This document shows positions 1 to 9,739 of a stretch of 18,857 nucleotides of DNA, piece after piece. The first letter of the stretch is position 1, and each line of letters opens with the position of its first letter. The stretch is from Anthoceros angustus (taxonomy: Eukaryota; Plantae; Anthocerotophyta), in the NCBI GenBank assembly GCA_010909165.1, contig VJWM01000400.1, positions 1 to 18,857 on the forward strand. Reading direction: 5' to 3'. The notes under the pieces are model-generated. The model made no database searches. It was given only the letters and a program-made list of their open reading frames with translations, and was not told the origin of the DNA. The position numbers were made by a program, and so were the translations under genes.

Positions 1-270
1 GTTGGGCACAAAGGTTTGATTTTACACTAACACAATACCCACATATATAGGTCTGAGATTAAAATTACCAAACAAAGCACGACTTATCGGAGATTGCAAT
101 TTTAGGAAGGCGGGGATGTTGTAATGTTTATTTTGCATGAGAGCAAAATGACTTTGTAAAAGAGATTAAACAAAATGTGTGTTTTACAAATACATATGGT
201 CTCACTATATATGCAACTCTATAACGTTCATATGATCAACCCTAACTAGCCGCACCTTTCATATTTAACA
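1..270 (-). repeat. Copia 3' LTR (~270 bp; probably ends at or just before position 1)
   Basis: Starts TGTTAAAT (minus, at 270) directly after the PPT and is AT-rich. The window edge reads ...CCCAAC on the minus strand, one base short of an AACA end complementary to TGTT. The 5' LTR is not in the window, so identity cannot be checked. Confidence 0.75.
127..211 (-). promoter_or_regulatory. Putative copia LTR TATA box (205-211) and AATAAA poly(A) signal (127-132)
   Basis: Minus-strand TATATAG followed ~75 nt later by AATAAA, in U3-R-U5 order. Short motifs in AT-rich DNA. Confidence 0.4.
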
Positions 271-277
271 CTCCTCT
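271..277 (-). other. Copia polypurine tract
   Basis: Minus strand TTT-AGAGGAG immediately followed by TGTTA, the typical copia PPT/LTR junction. Confidence 0.75.
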
Positions 278-300
278 AAAGGTAAGCTAGGTTAGGTTAA

Positions 301-999
301 ACGCTCACACCGCCTCGAATACGTACGCCCGACTTCACGCCTGTACCAAAGACGCTCGAGCCTAAGCGTAAACTCCCGCGCCATAAGAATCCTCCGGACC
401 ATCCTCTTCACCATTGTATCAAGTCTGCTTTGCGTCTTCATCTCGAGAGCACCGCCCACGCAGTAATCGAAAACATGAGGACTAAGGAACGAGCTGAAAA
501 GTGCCCTCAAGTGTATCGTAGAAGGAAGAGAAGGAGGATAATCCATGAGAAGGATTCATCGGCTCACCAGGACACCATGTCCCACACGAGCCGTAGCCAG
601 CAGAATAGCCTTCACGCCTAAACATGGTCCTTGTCGGGGTCGAGGGCGTAATGGACGACGAGCAAGAGCAACAACCGGGATGCGCTACTCCATACATGCT
701 CAATATTACGGCTAAAGACCATGGAAAGAATAACAGAGCTGGAGCTTATGCTGGCGGATAGCAGGACACCACCGCCGGGTGATCAAGAGTGGATGTGAAG
801 CCCGCTATATGAGAGAAGTATCGCTGCCGTGAGATTAGGTCTTAAGGTAAGCTTCATCCTCCACGCATCGCCCATCTCCTTGTTTTCATTTCACTAACAG
901 AAATGTGTGAAGTGTCGCAGCTCCCGTGGTTCCTCCAAGGAAGACCGAGAACACAACACCCCAAGGGAAACTCGGTTTCCACCCCACCCCACAAGATAA
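301..999 (+). pseudogene. Candidate antisense accessory gene in the copia 3' region (degraded, with a putative intron at 847-900)
   Basis: Stop-free frame 301-621 (Pro/Lys/Arg-rich, TLTPPRIRTPDF..YRRRKRRR). Second segment 721-846 (MERITELELML..RLGLK, one internal TGA) joins in phase to 901-999 (KCVKCRSS..HPTR*). No recognisable homology. Confidence 0.4.
847..900 (+). other. Putative 54-nt GT-AG spliceosomal intron
   Basis: AAG|GTAAGC donor, pyrimidine-rich CTCCTTGTTTTCATTT, CACTAAC branch-like motif, CAG acceptor. Phase 0, with an in-frame TAA at 895-897. Confidence 0.5.
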
Positions 1000-1009
1000 G
1001 TTATCCAAA

Positions 1010-2124
1010 TACTTGGTATAGTCACCCGTGCCTCGAAAGATCTGGTAGTGTTTATACTTTGCCAATCCTTTCGTTACGCCGACGTTAGAATCAGGCACAT
1101 AACCCACCTTCACGACTCCACTACATCTCTAATGTAGTGATGTTGTATTCTATATGCTTAGTGCGGGCGTGAAAACGTGGATGAGCAAGGGCTAAATGAT
1201 ATGTTATCACATGATGGGGGTAGGTGTCTGCCGGGTCATAAGTCATGAAGGAAGGTCCTTTCCCATTCAGCCTCCTTTGAAGCATCCGTAATGATTTGTA
1301 TTCGCCTGTACAGTGGCTATGGAAGATTGCTTTTACACGACCGCACCACAAAGAAAGAAGATAACAGGAAGCAATATGTGGAGAGGCTTTTCCTGAATCG
1401 CCCCGACGCCCGGCATCGATGAACCCCTAAGGGTGAGTTTTGCTGCCCATCCTTCGATAGAAGAGTCCATAATTGGGTTCCTTGAGATAGCGGAAAATCC
1501 GACGCTGAGCTCAATGTGCTCTTCCCGGATTCTCCGTAAATTGTGATACCGTGCTTATAATCGGATATCCGGCCTTGTCCAGCTAAGAAGATTAGTGCCA
1601 ACCGTGCATAATCAGGGGACATCCTTCATGTCCTTAAGTTCTTCCGAGATTGAGGGCCTCAAGACTGGTAAGTTTAACGCCCATAAAAGGGGTAGTTGAG
1701 GGTCTAGCTTCGCCAAGTTTGAACTGCGAATATCATTGATGTACTTATGCCGTGAACTATCCTTCTTCCGCACTTTAAGATTTGAACTCCCAACAAGATT
1801 TAAGTTCTCCGATGTCTTTCATCTCGAACTTGGTACTTAGCTTATGTTTAACGCCGCCCAATGTGTCTTGTGGCAAGAATGACATCATCAACATATAGGG
1901 CTAATATGACGGTCGCCTTGATCGAGTCGGTAAACATTAGAGTCTCATTGCTTTGGACAAAAGATATACCGAAAGGAGTAAACATGCATAGTGATATACC
2001 AAATTCGCCACTTTGTTTTAGTCCATATATACACTTGAGCAATTTGAGCACTTTGGTGGGATGTTCGTGATCTTCATACCCATGCCTCATATCTATCTTC
2101 ATCCGAGTCTCCATAGAGGCCGTG
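1010..2124 (-). pseudogene. pol: Copia pol: RVT_2-type reverse transcriptase (C-terminal part) and Ty1/copia RNase H, frameshifted
   Basis: ORF fragments 1848-2216, 1317-1622, 1121-1351 and 886-1113 carry successive copia RT/RNase H motifs in the expected order. The end coordinate is approximate. Confidence 0.92.
2120..2124. repeat. Left target-site duplication CCGTG
   Basis: Identical CCGTG at 18433-18437. Removing the insert restores a continuous copia RT. Confidence 0.92.
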
Positions 2125-2429
2125 TATGGAGCATAAAGTTTGAGCAACCAGTCAAAAGAGCCGAACAAACAAGTTTGATTTTTTTGGCTAGGAACGATTG
2201 AAGAGGAGCATGCCAAGAAATTTTCTAGAATCTTGAAGCTGGAGTTTAGGATATTGTTAGGAAGGCGAAAAGGATATCCCAGAAGAACGGGTCAACGACC
2301 CCGAGCGAGCGGTGGCGTCCGAAGGTTGGTAGGGCGGGACTACCACGTGAGGCTGCCACACCTGCCGGTAGGCAAGGAAGCGGACTACCGCAGTGGTGTA
2401 ACTGTAGGGCGAAAATCTCGCTAAAAGGA

Positions 2430-2578
2430 AATTTAGAATAGAGGGATATCCACTATATATGCTCACCAATAGGGAATAAATATATATAATTAGAAGCGGT
2501 TAATTAGGATAGCGAGGAAGAGGAAAATAGGTAGTTTAGGAATTAGGATTTTGGAATGATGAATCCAATCTAGGGTTG
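2430..2578 (+). promoter_or_regulatory. AT-rich TATA-containing island upstream of the LTR gene (copy at ~13710-13850)
   Basis: CACTATATATGC (2451-2462) and AATATATATAAT, ending TCTAGGGTT just before the inferred ORF start. AT-rich within an otherwise GC/purine-rich LTR. Confidence 0.45.
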
Positions 2579-2585
2579 TGGCCCA

Positions 2586-5500
2586 GTGGCGACATCAAAG
2601 GCAAAGTGCGGTTTGGGCAACTCTCTTCGCTCCTCCACTTCGCAAGAGCTGGACGAGCGGGCGTGGAGCGAGAAGGAAGGGCCATCAAGCGCCATCGCCA
2701 CCACGAGCAAGGGAGGGAAGGGAGAGCGGCGCCATCGAGAAAGGAGAACCCAGCAAGTTGGCGCCAAGAGGAGGAAGGAGAAGAAGAGCGCAGCGCCAGG
2801 AGGAGGAAGCTCTCGCGCCCGAGAGGAAGGGCGTCAGGAGCGCGGTGGGTAGCGCAGTGAAATTGAAGAGGATGACCAGTCGGCGCACCACGAAGAGGAA
2901 TCGAAGGAATTGGCGGCTGGGCGCATCAAGCCTAACGTATTGTGCCTCGGGGAGGGTTACCACAAGGGAGAAGGAGTTTGAGAGCAAGCCTGAGATTGCC
3001 AATTAGATTCCTTCCTTGACACTTGGAAAAGGAAGGCGCCATGCCTCGATGGAAAGGCAAGGAGCCGCCAGGCTCTCCTCGCGAGAAGGAAAGAGCAGCG
3101 GTGAGCTCGCCCTGAGGAGGTCGATGCCCCAATTCACTTGCTTTGGGCGCTCAACCCGAGATTTGGTTGATTTTCGTGGGCGAGGAGAACATCCAATTGG
3201 GATGGGTGTATGGCCGCCAATGGGCCTACACCAATTTGGAATTGATTGAGGAGTGTTACATCAACCTCCATCAATCGGGCTGCCGCACTCGGAAGGAATG
3301 CTAGAACGGATCCCTGGACCGTGAAGAAGCATTCGGCAGTGTATGGGACCGGAGGAGAGAGCTGCTCTCTCGAAAGGTCCAATGGAGGGAAGAGGACATC
3401 CCTCCGACATCCCGCAGAGTTCCTTGACATGATGGAGGAGTGAAAGCCCACGCCAAGAATGGCTGGAAGACCGAGAGCATCAAGGAGTCAAGTGGAGGCT
3501 CTTCGCAAAGATTGTCTGGGGGTAAATTACCAACGCACTTCTTATTTCAAAGACCAACTTCCTCCAATTTTGTGGAAGATTTCCATGGGAGCCAAGCCGG
3601 ATTGGGGACTATCATGTATGAGGCCTACATCCACCAGAGAGAAGCTCCTCAAGCCAAATTCGTGGATGAGGAAGGCCAAGGCCTGCTACCTCTACTTGGT
3701 GCATTTATGGGAAACCGAGGGACTCCTCACAAGCAAGGAGCTTGAAGATGCATGGCATCCCTTTGAGGTCATCCACCTCCAAGGTTGGAAAGGCCTTTAC
3801 CTTTTGCAAAAGGCGGTGGGAGGTCGACCTCCACAAGCATGCTAAGCAAGAGGAGAAGATGGAGGCAACAAGGTTGCGGTGGGAATCTCTTCCCACGAGC
3901 AAGCAAGGGAGAGGAGCAAGAAGCGGCCGAGGAAGGCCGAATGGTGGTCTATGAGAGAAGGACCACAGGAGGGGTGACGGAGTGGGGAGTCCCCACCATC
4001 TCCTTTGTGCCTACGAGAGGCACCCCAGACTACCGGTAGGGAGGCGGTCACCCAAGGGGTGGGCACTACCGTGGTGGTGACCTACCATGGTAGGTAGGCG
4101 GACTACCACAGAGGGGCGGCCTACCCGCGGTGGCAGCACCCGCCGCCCAAAGCGGCCTCTGGCGGGGAAGGGAAGGAGAAACGCGAGGTGCCGCGGCGAG
4201 GCCACCATCTCCCGCGCTGGGTGGGAGGCGGATGGAGCAGTGAAGGGACCCAGGCCGCTGATGGCCCGGTGGAGAGCTGGAAATTTCCAGAAGAAGGAGA
4301 GGGTGGAATTAGGACCCCTAGGAGAATTCTGGGAGCTTGTGAAGCACTCACCCGCGTGGATTTGAAGGGGCTAGGGACCTAGCAGCCTCCTTGTGGGCAT
4401 GCCAAGAGGAAGTGAAATCTCAAGACATGGCCGGCGGGGACTAAGTGGCAATTGGAAGCCATGGAGTCCGATGAAAAGCCAAATTGGAAAAGGTCAGGAG
4501 AAGCTCCAACGACCTCATAGAACATGCGGAGAAGGCCCTGAGGGAAGTTGTCACAAGTCAAGAAAGAGCCATTCGGCAACAACCCAAAATTCTTGGAGGC
4601 AAAAGGCGGAAGAGCATTTTGCCCAACTGAGCAAGAGGAAAAGCAAGGCGAGGCACTAGGAAGGAGAAGGTAGCCTCAAGAAGTGGCCGCATGAGCAGTG
4701 ATGGCTACTCAAGCTATCAAAATCCGGATATGGGAGAGGAGTTGAGAAGGACCCGGACAATTTATGGAAGAGGCGGAGGAGAAGCACAAGAGAGCTGGAG
4801 CGAAAGGATGCTTGGCAAGCGGAGAAGGAGGGCTTGCCCGGAATTAGACTGGAACAAAGGAGGTCTCAGGAGGAGGAGCGCCACAAGAAGGTGGTGCATG
4901 AATCGGTAGTGAGGAAGCGGCGATTTTGGGCACTATGCCCTTCGTGCAAAATTGGCCAGCCACTAAAGGAAGGAGGAGGAGAATGTAACCTCCATGTGAA
5001 GGTGGGAGAATTAACCACCGAGATGCCTACAAGGTAGGTGTGGATGGAGAGTGGCCACGGAGATTGATGATCTCCAAATGCAATATCACAACTTGGGGCT
5101 CACCTCCACAACAGATCTTGAAGGCCAACAAAGTCTTACGGTTGGCCAAAGGAGGACATTGGGTCCTCATGATGATGATAAGGAGCGCAACAAGTGCAGC
5201 CGAGGCCTCCGATTTTGATGAGGCCATCAAATGGACTCGAGGAATCCGAGTCGAGGTGAAGGGCACCGCGCCGGGATCGGGAGGCGCGGAGAGGGGAGAG
5301 GGCCCCGCCTCAGGGGTCACCTACCAGGTGGGTGACCACCCATAGTCCGCCGGACTACCGTGGGGGACACCACGCCCGGTAGTCGCCGCACTACGCAGGT
5401 GCAGCGCAGCTTGTTGAGTTGGGACGCGCCCAACAAGATGGAAGGGCCGGTGTACCCTAAAGAGGGGTGGTGGGAGACACAACCCCACCGGAGGAAACTA

Positions 5501-5982
5501 TGGGTCCGACCCGTCGGGGAGGAAGGGTGAGGCCCTTATCCCACGAGTAAGGGAGGAACCGGACCCGAGGAGGAGTCCAACGCAAAAGGGCCCGGAGATT
5601 AGCGTAAAACGCATGGTGGGCGATGGGGATGAAGGGTGCTCTATGATAGGTATGGACAAATCACAAGGCAAAGAGCAATGAAGATCCGACCAAGAAACCC
5701 TCACCGCGGAGAAGAAGGAAGTAAGAGAGTTAGGGGCCGACTACCATGGTAGGTGTACCTAGAGTCCGCGGACTACCGTAGGGTGCGATGAAATGGCGCG
5801 AGGCGATGGAGAAAGGCCTAGGTGCGCGGGAAGCGCGATGGAGGCAGGAATCGCCGCCCGGAGATGGAGGAAGGGCAAGATTGTACTTGCCCCATTAGGA
5901 AGCGGACAAAGGTGGGAAGGGCAAGAGCAAAAGGAGGGCGAGGGAGCCAATCCACCACGGACACGTCCCAGGTGAAGACTAG
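2586..5982 (+). pseudogene. LTR-embedded accessory gene of unknown function, 5' LTR copy (frameshifted; one long ORF or possibly two)
   Basis: E/K/R-rich N-terminus; globular-looking block at ~3125-3800 (KAHAKNGWKTESIKE..LRKDCLG.VNYQRTSYF..LWKISMGAKPDWG..YLVHLWETEGLLTSKELEDAWHPFEVIHL); then charged coiled-coil-like regions. The limits are approximate. Confidence 0.7.
4025..4135. repeat. Cluster of CTACCRYGGTAG-type palindromic repeats (5' LTR)
   Basis: CTACCGGTAG 4030-4039; perfect 16-bp palindrome ACCTACCATGGTAGGT 4080-4095; further CTACC copies at 4066, 4103 and 4121. Confidence 0.85.
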
Positions 5983-6198
5983 ATATGGTCAAGGGCCATA
6001 AATGCTAGGTAGAAGAATAGGAAGGACAGTGATGTAATCGACATCCTTCGAGGATAGACTTAGGTGAAGTTGCTAGAATAGGATTTACCAAGAATGACAA
6101 TAGACTTAGGTGCCGGACATTAAATCTCGGTAGGAAATAATAGAATATTGGAAAAGGTGACTGCAGAGGGTCACCCAAGGGAGGTTGTATGTGGAAGG

Positions 6199-6215
6199 CC
6201 TCCTATAAGAGGAGG
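6199..6215 (+). promoter_or_regulatory. Putative main LTR TATA box (TATAAG 6204-6209) within the inverted repeat CCTCCT-ATAAG-AGGAGG
   Basis: About 880 bp before the LTR end, conserved in the 3' LTR (17388-17393), and preceded by a 13-bp direct repeat ATAGACTTAGGTG (6054, 6100). Confidence 0.55.
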
Positions 6216-6697
6216 ATTTCACAAAGTAAAGTATCATGTCTTGCGCTTCCACGCTCACCGAGTCCTTTGAGGAATTTCGTGCCTGTGAGCCAACACAGTC
6301 TGGTAGAGAGGAAGTCGCGGTGGTCGGAGTGCTTGGTGGAGGACTTGCTCAAGTGCCTAAACGAGTTGCTCCCTTGTGAATGGTTGCTGAAATTGCTTTG
6401 CTTGGTGTGTGGCAAATGCCCAGAACTCGGCTTGAGGGTAGACTACAGGAAAGACTCCTGGAGGTTCTCACGTCTGGTCAAACTCATAGCAACCGCCCAA
6501 GGAAGAACTTGGTGGAGGCGACCCAGGCGGTTGTGCCAGTAGTCGAAGAAGCCCGAACGAGGTTAGACTAGGAGGAAGAGGATGAGGAGATGAGAAGATG
6601 AGTAGAGGATTAGAGGTGTAGGTGTTAGTGGAAGGCCACAGGCGAGCCTAAGGGACGAATCCCAAACTGCAAAGAGCGCTCCGAGTGGAGAAGAGTG

Positions 6698-6850
6698 GTC
6701 TTAGAAGTAGGGACGAATCGCGGTGTGAACTGGGGTCCGGCGCCGTGGTAGGCTCCCGGCGACCCGTTGTGTCGTTGTAGGTCAAGTTTGGTCTTAGAAG
6801 AAGGGGCAATCGCGGTGGTAGTCGGAGGCGACCCGGGTGTCGTAGGTGGG
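6698..6850 (+). repeat. 5' LTR version of the tandem repeat: one full unit plus one degenerate start
   Basis: GTCTTAGAAGTAGGGACGAATCGCGG at 6698 and GTCTTAGAAGAAGGGGCAATCGCGG at 6791. Confidence 0.8.
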
Positions 6851-7086
6851 GTCACGAGGCAATTGTTTTGTGAGAGAGTGTAGGTGCGCGAGGCTGTGGT
6901 GCAGGGAGAGAGAGTAGCGCCTTGCTTGTTGAAGGCGAGAGTTGTGCGGTGGCGATGGTGACCACAAGGCCTCGAACTTTCACACAAGTCTCATGGGACG
7001 AAACCCAACGTCTGGCGGCGTGGGATAAGTGTGGCCGCTATAGTGGGAGGACCTGGGAGTGCCCCGGATTCTCCCTACCACATTTT

Positions 7087-7101
7087 TGGCGCCGTTGGGA
7101 C
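7087..7101 (+). other. Primer-binding site, most likely tRNA-Asp type
   Basis: TGGCGCCGTTGGGAC, 4 nt after the LTR end. The first 11 nt match the Athila-type PBS TGGCGCCGTTGCCGGGGA, with an apparent internal deletion. A tRNA-Arg type PBS is not excluded. Confidence 0.8.
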
Positions 7102-7695
7102 TTTGTTTGAAAGGTTGAAGTTTTGTGGTTTCCATCGCTAGGTCAGCATGCTTGAGAAGGGACCGAGTCGACCATGTGTTGTGAGGAAGAAGCTTCACAC
7201 CTTTAGTTGTCATCGGGGTGAATGGTTGAGACACTAGAGGGTGTGGTTTGCTTCCTTCTTAACGTTGTGAGGATGGTTGGAGGCGGGAGGAAGCTCACCA
7301 AGAGACGTGGAAGAAATCGCCTTGGCCGGAAGGCGGAGGTGCGAGAGCAGCGGAAGAAGAGTGGAGGAGGAAGAGATCAAGAGTGAGAGGAAGGAGGTCA
7401 AAGAAGAGGAAAGTGGTGTGAGGAAGGGTCGCGCTCCTCCGAGCACGGTTACGTCCACGCCGTCGCGGACGACGCTTTGCTTCTCAAAGCGGTGACACCA
7501 CCTCATCCCTGAGACCGATGTGGCAGGTCGCCGAGCGGGAATTTCGCTTGGTCGGAGGATTTGGCGGAACGACTCGATCGATCATCGTCGATTGATCTTT
7601 GGGACGAACTAGAGGGAGGTCGCTACTCCTCAAGGATCCCGATTTGTTTCTGTTACCGGCGAGGAGTGTTGGTCCGTGGACACTCACCGAGCAAC

Positions 7696-9000
7696 ATGAG
7701 TGGAGTTGGTGGAGGAGGACCGCCCAACTTCATAGTCGCCAATACGCCAAATTCGAAGAAGAAGGGAGATGACGCGAGGCGTTTAAGAACTTTTGAGCAT
7801 GTCTCCCATGCTAACTTGGAGGATGGAGACGCCGATCGACTACGCATCTTTCCAGGACTGTTGAGAGGGCATGCACAACAGTGGTACGGTCGCACCTATA
7901 ATTCGGTCGCCATTGGGAAGCTCAAAGCAGCCTTCTTGAATCGGTTCGAGGGCTCACTATGCACACCACACTTTAGCAAAGCCGAGGACCCCTAGGAAGA
8001 AAGCGAGAATCTTTGTTTGATTATGTGAGAGGTTTTACGGATATCCGGATCGAGTTCAAATGTGCACCCGAGAGGCCAGATCCACCACCTGGTACTCACA
8101 AGAGCAAGCGTGGATTGGTTTGTGAGCGGCTTGTCTCGAAAATGGAGGTACACTGCACGCGTCAGACGTTGGCGGCCTCCTCCTTGAGGAATGGGAGTCC
8201 GCCGAGTTAGGGAGGAGAAGAAGAAGAGGCGAAGTCATAAGAAGAGGAAAGGATCGAAGATCTAGCTCCTCGTCGCCACCTCCTCCAGCTCGCCACCCTG
8301 TCCTCATCGAAGCGAGGATAGCGGAACTCAAGAAAGCTCCACATCGGATGAGGAATCAGAAAAGGCCTACGAACGGCGAATAAAGAAGGACCTGGAGAAG
8401 GTCAAACGAAGGCAGGAAGAAGCGGAACGCGCACTGGAGAAGGAGAGGAAGGGGAAGACGGTCCGTCGGATGGAGGAGGGAGAAACGTCTGCAGCAGGCG
8501 GAGGAATTGCGGGACAAGTGGAGGCTTTGACCAAAAGATTGACCGAGTTAGAGGTCAAAGCTGTGAAGAATCAAGCTCCACGAAGGTCTCCCTCACCGGC
8601 AAGGCAGTTGGTGTATTGCTCAATTTGTCATCAAGCGGGACACACCAACCGGGAATGTATTCGTGCACCACGACATGCGGTCATGTGGAAACCGCATGCC
8701 GGGGGACTATTGGTATGTGGATGAAGCTTATCGTGCAAGCGGTCACAGTCGGCCACCTCAATCCATGAGGCGACTTACCAACCGACTACACCAGCCCTCG
8801 AGGTATGGATCGCGACCGACATCGCCAGACCATGGAGACCAGATCCATCCAGAGGCCGATGGCGATTCCACAGGGGGTTGTTACAATTGGAGCACCAGTC
8901 ACTACTCAAATGAATGTCCGTAACCACGAAAAGTGGGCTATGTACCCCAAGTCTGCAAGGAATTAGGACATAAAATGGGGATCCAGTGCTCGGTGGTGTG
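7696..9000 (+). pseudogene. gag: Gag (Retrotrans_gag-like capsid, charged coiled-coil, CCHC zinc knuckles), frameshifted
   Basis: TFEHVSHAN..RLRIFPGLLRGHAQQWY..LKAAFLNRF; CSICHQAGHTNREC at 8617-8658. The start is uncertain: ATG 7696, but coding-like sequence extends up to ATG 7273. Confidence 0.88.
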
Positions 9001-9739
9001 AGTGGCACCAGCTGGGCCGAGTCGGTTCGGAACCCTGGTAGAGGAGGCAAGGCCCAACTCAAACCGCGATCGTGACCACGACACCGGTCAAGGTGAGGCG
9101 GAGATTCCCCGATCGATTGCACATCGTGGATCGTGGAAGAGGGGTATGAAGGAGAGATGAGTGCGGATGAAGGATTGATGGTGGCCAAGGTGACCACCGA
9201 TCAGCGGGGAGAAAGGCCGAGGTAGGAAAACGGCGAGAGGAAAGGAAGCGGAGAAGGTGAGGGACGACTCACCGCCTCCGAGACGCGCGTCAAGCGCGTG
9301 AGGAGGAGGAGGCCCACCCCAAAGTAGACTGCCGTCATGGGGGCAGGGGCCAAGGAGAGGAGGAACGAACCACGTTTCCTCCCGACATCAAAGAAGTAGC
9401 GGCCGGAAGATGAGCTAAACAGCTCACCCGCATGGGAAACGAATGTGGAGCGAAATTATTGATCCGCCGGTATGGGTCCCAACCGATAGGAGGGATCATG
9501 GAATCGGGCTTTACCAATAAGGTCGGGTCGGTCGACCAGCGTGGCTGCAAGCGGAGGAAACCTTGTCGGATAAAATCTCCAGACGCTACTTGACCGCTTT
9601 GTGGTCACGAGATTGCTTGCTGAGTCCAGATCCCGCAAAATTGTGAAGGAGGCGATCGGGGAATCAAGTAGTAGGAGGAGAAAGCGGCTGGAGGTAAATG
9701 TGGTCGAACTCATTGATTTGGGGCACCCAGATTGAGGTT

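Larger units (their letters stand above)
1..2124 (-). mobile_element. Ty1/copia LTR retrotransposon, 3' part (RT C-terminal part, RNase H, extended 3' region, PPT, 3' LTR)
   Basis: Minus-strand copia motifs: KCIYGLKQS (~2010-2037), LALYVDDVIL (YVDD 1884-1895), RKSLSTYCFLL, PRFHARTKHIE (~1146-1180), GYVPDSN..TKGLAK (~1035-1110). These are followed by PPT AGAGGAG and an LTR starting TGTTA. Confidence 0.93.
2125..7082 (+). repeat. Gypsy 5' LTR (4958 bp)
   Basis: Colinear with 13407-18432 from TATGGAGCATAAAGTTTG (TG changed to TA) to CCCCGGATTCTCCCTACCACA, and followed by the PBS. Confidence 0.93.

Noticed and set aside
292-546. Minus-strand 84-aa ORF as a sense env-like copia ORF
   Set aside because: It is in codon register with the longer plus-strand open frame 301-621, and the splice signals favour the plus strand. 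Not fully excluded.
2586-5982. Calling the LTR gene an env (envelope) gene
   Set aside because: No signal peptide or transmembrane stretch is visible in any sense-strand fragment; the protein is hydrophilic apart from one globular block.
2125-7082. The 5-kb repeat as a segmental duplication or two tandem elements rather than LTRs
   Set aside because: The TSD flanks the outer ends, and the PBS and PPT abut the inner ends exactly.
7087-7101. tRNA gene
   Set aside because: Only a short complement of a tRNA 3' end (the PBS); no cloverleaf.
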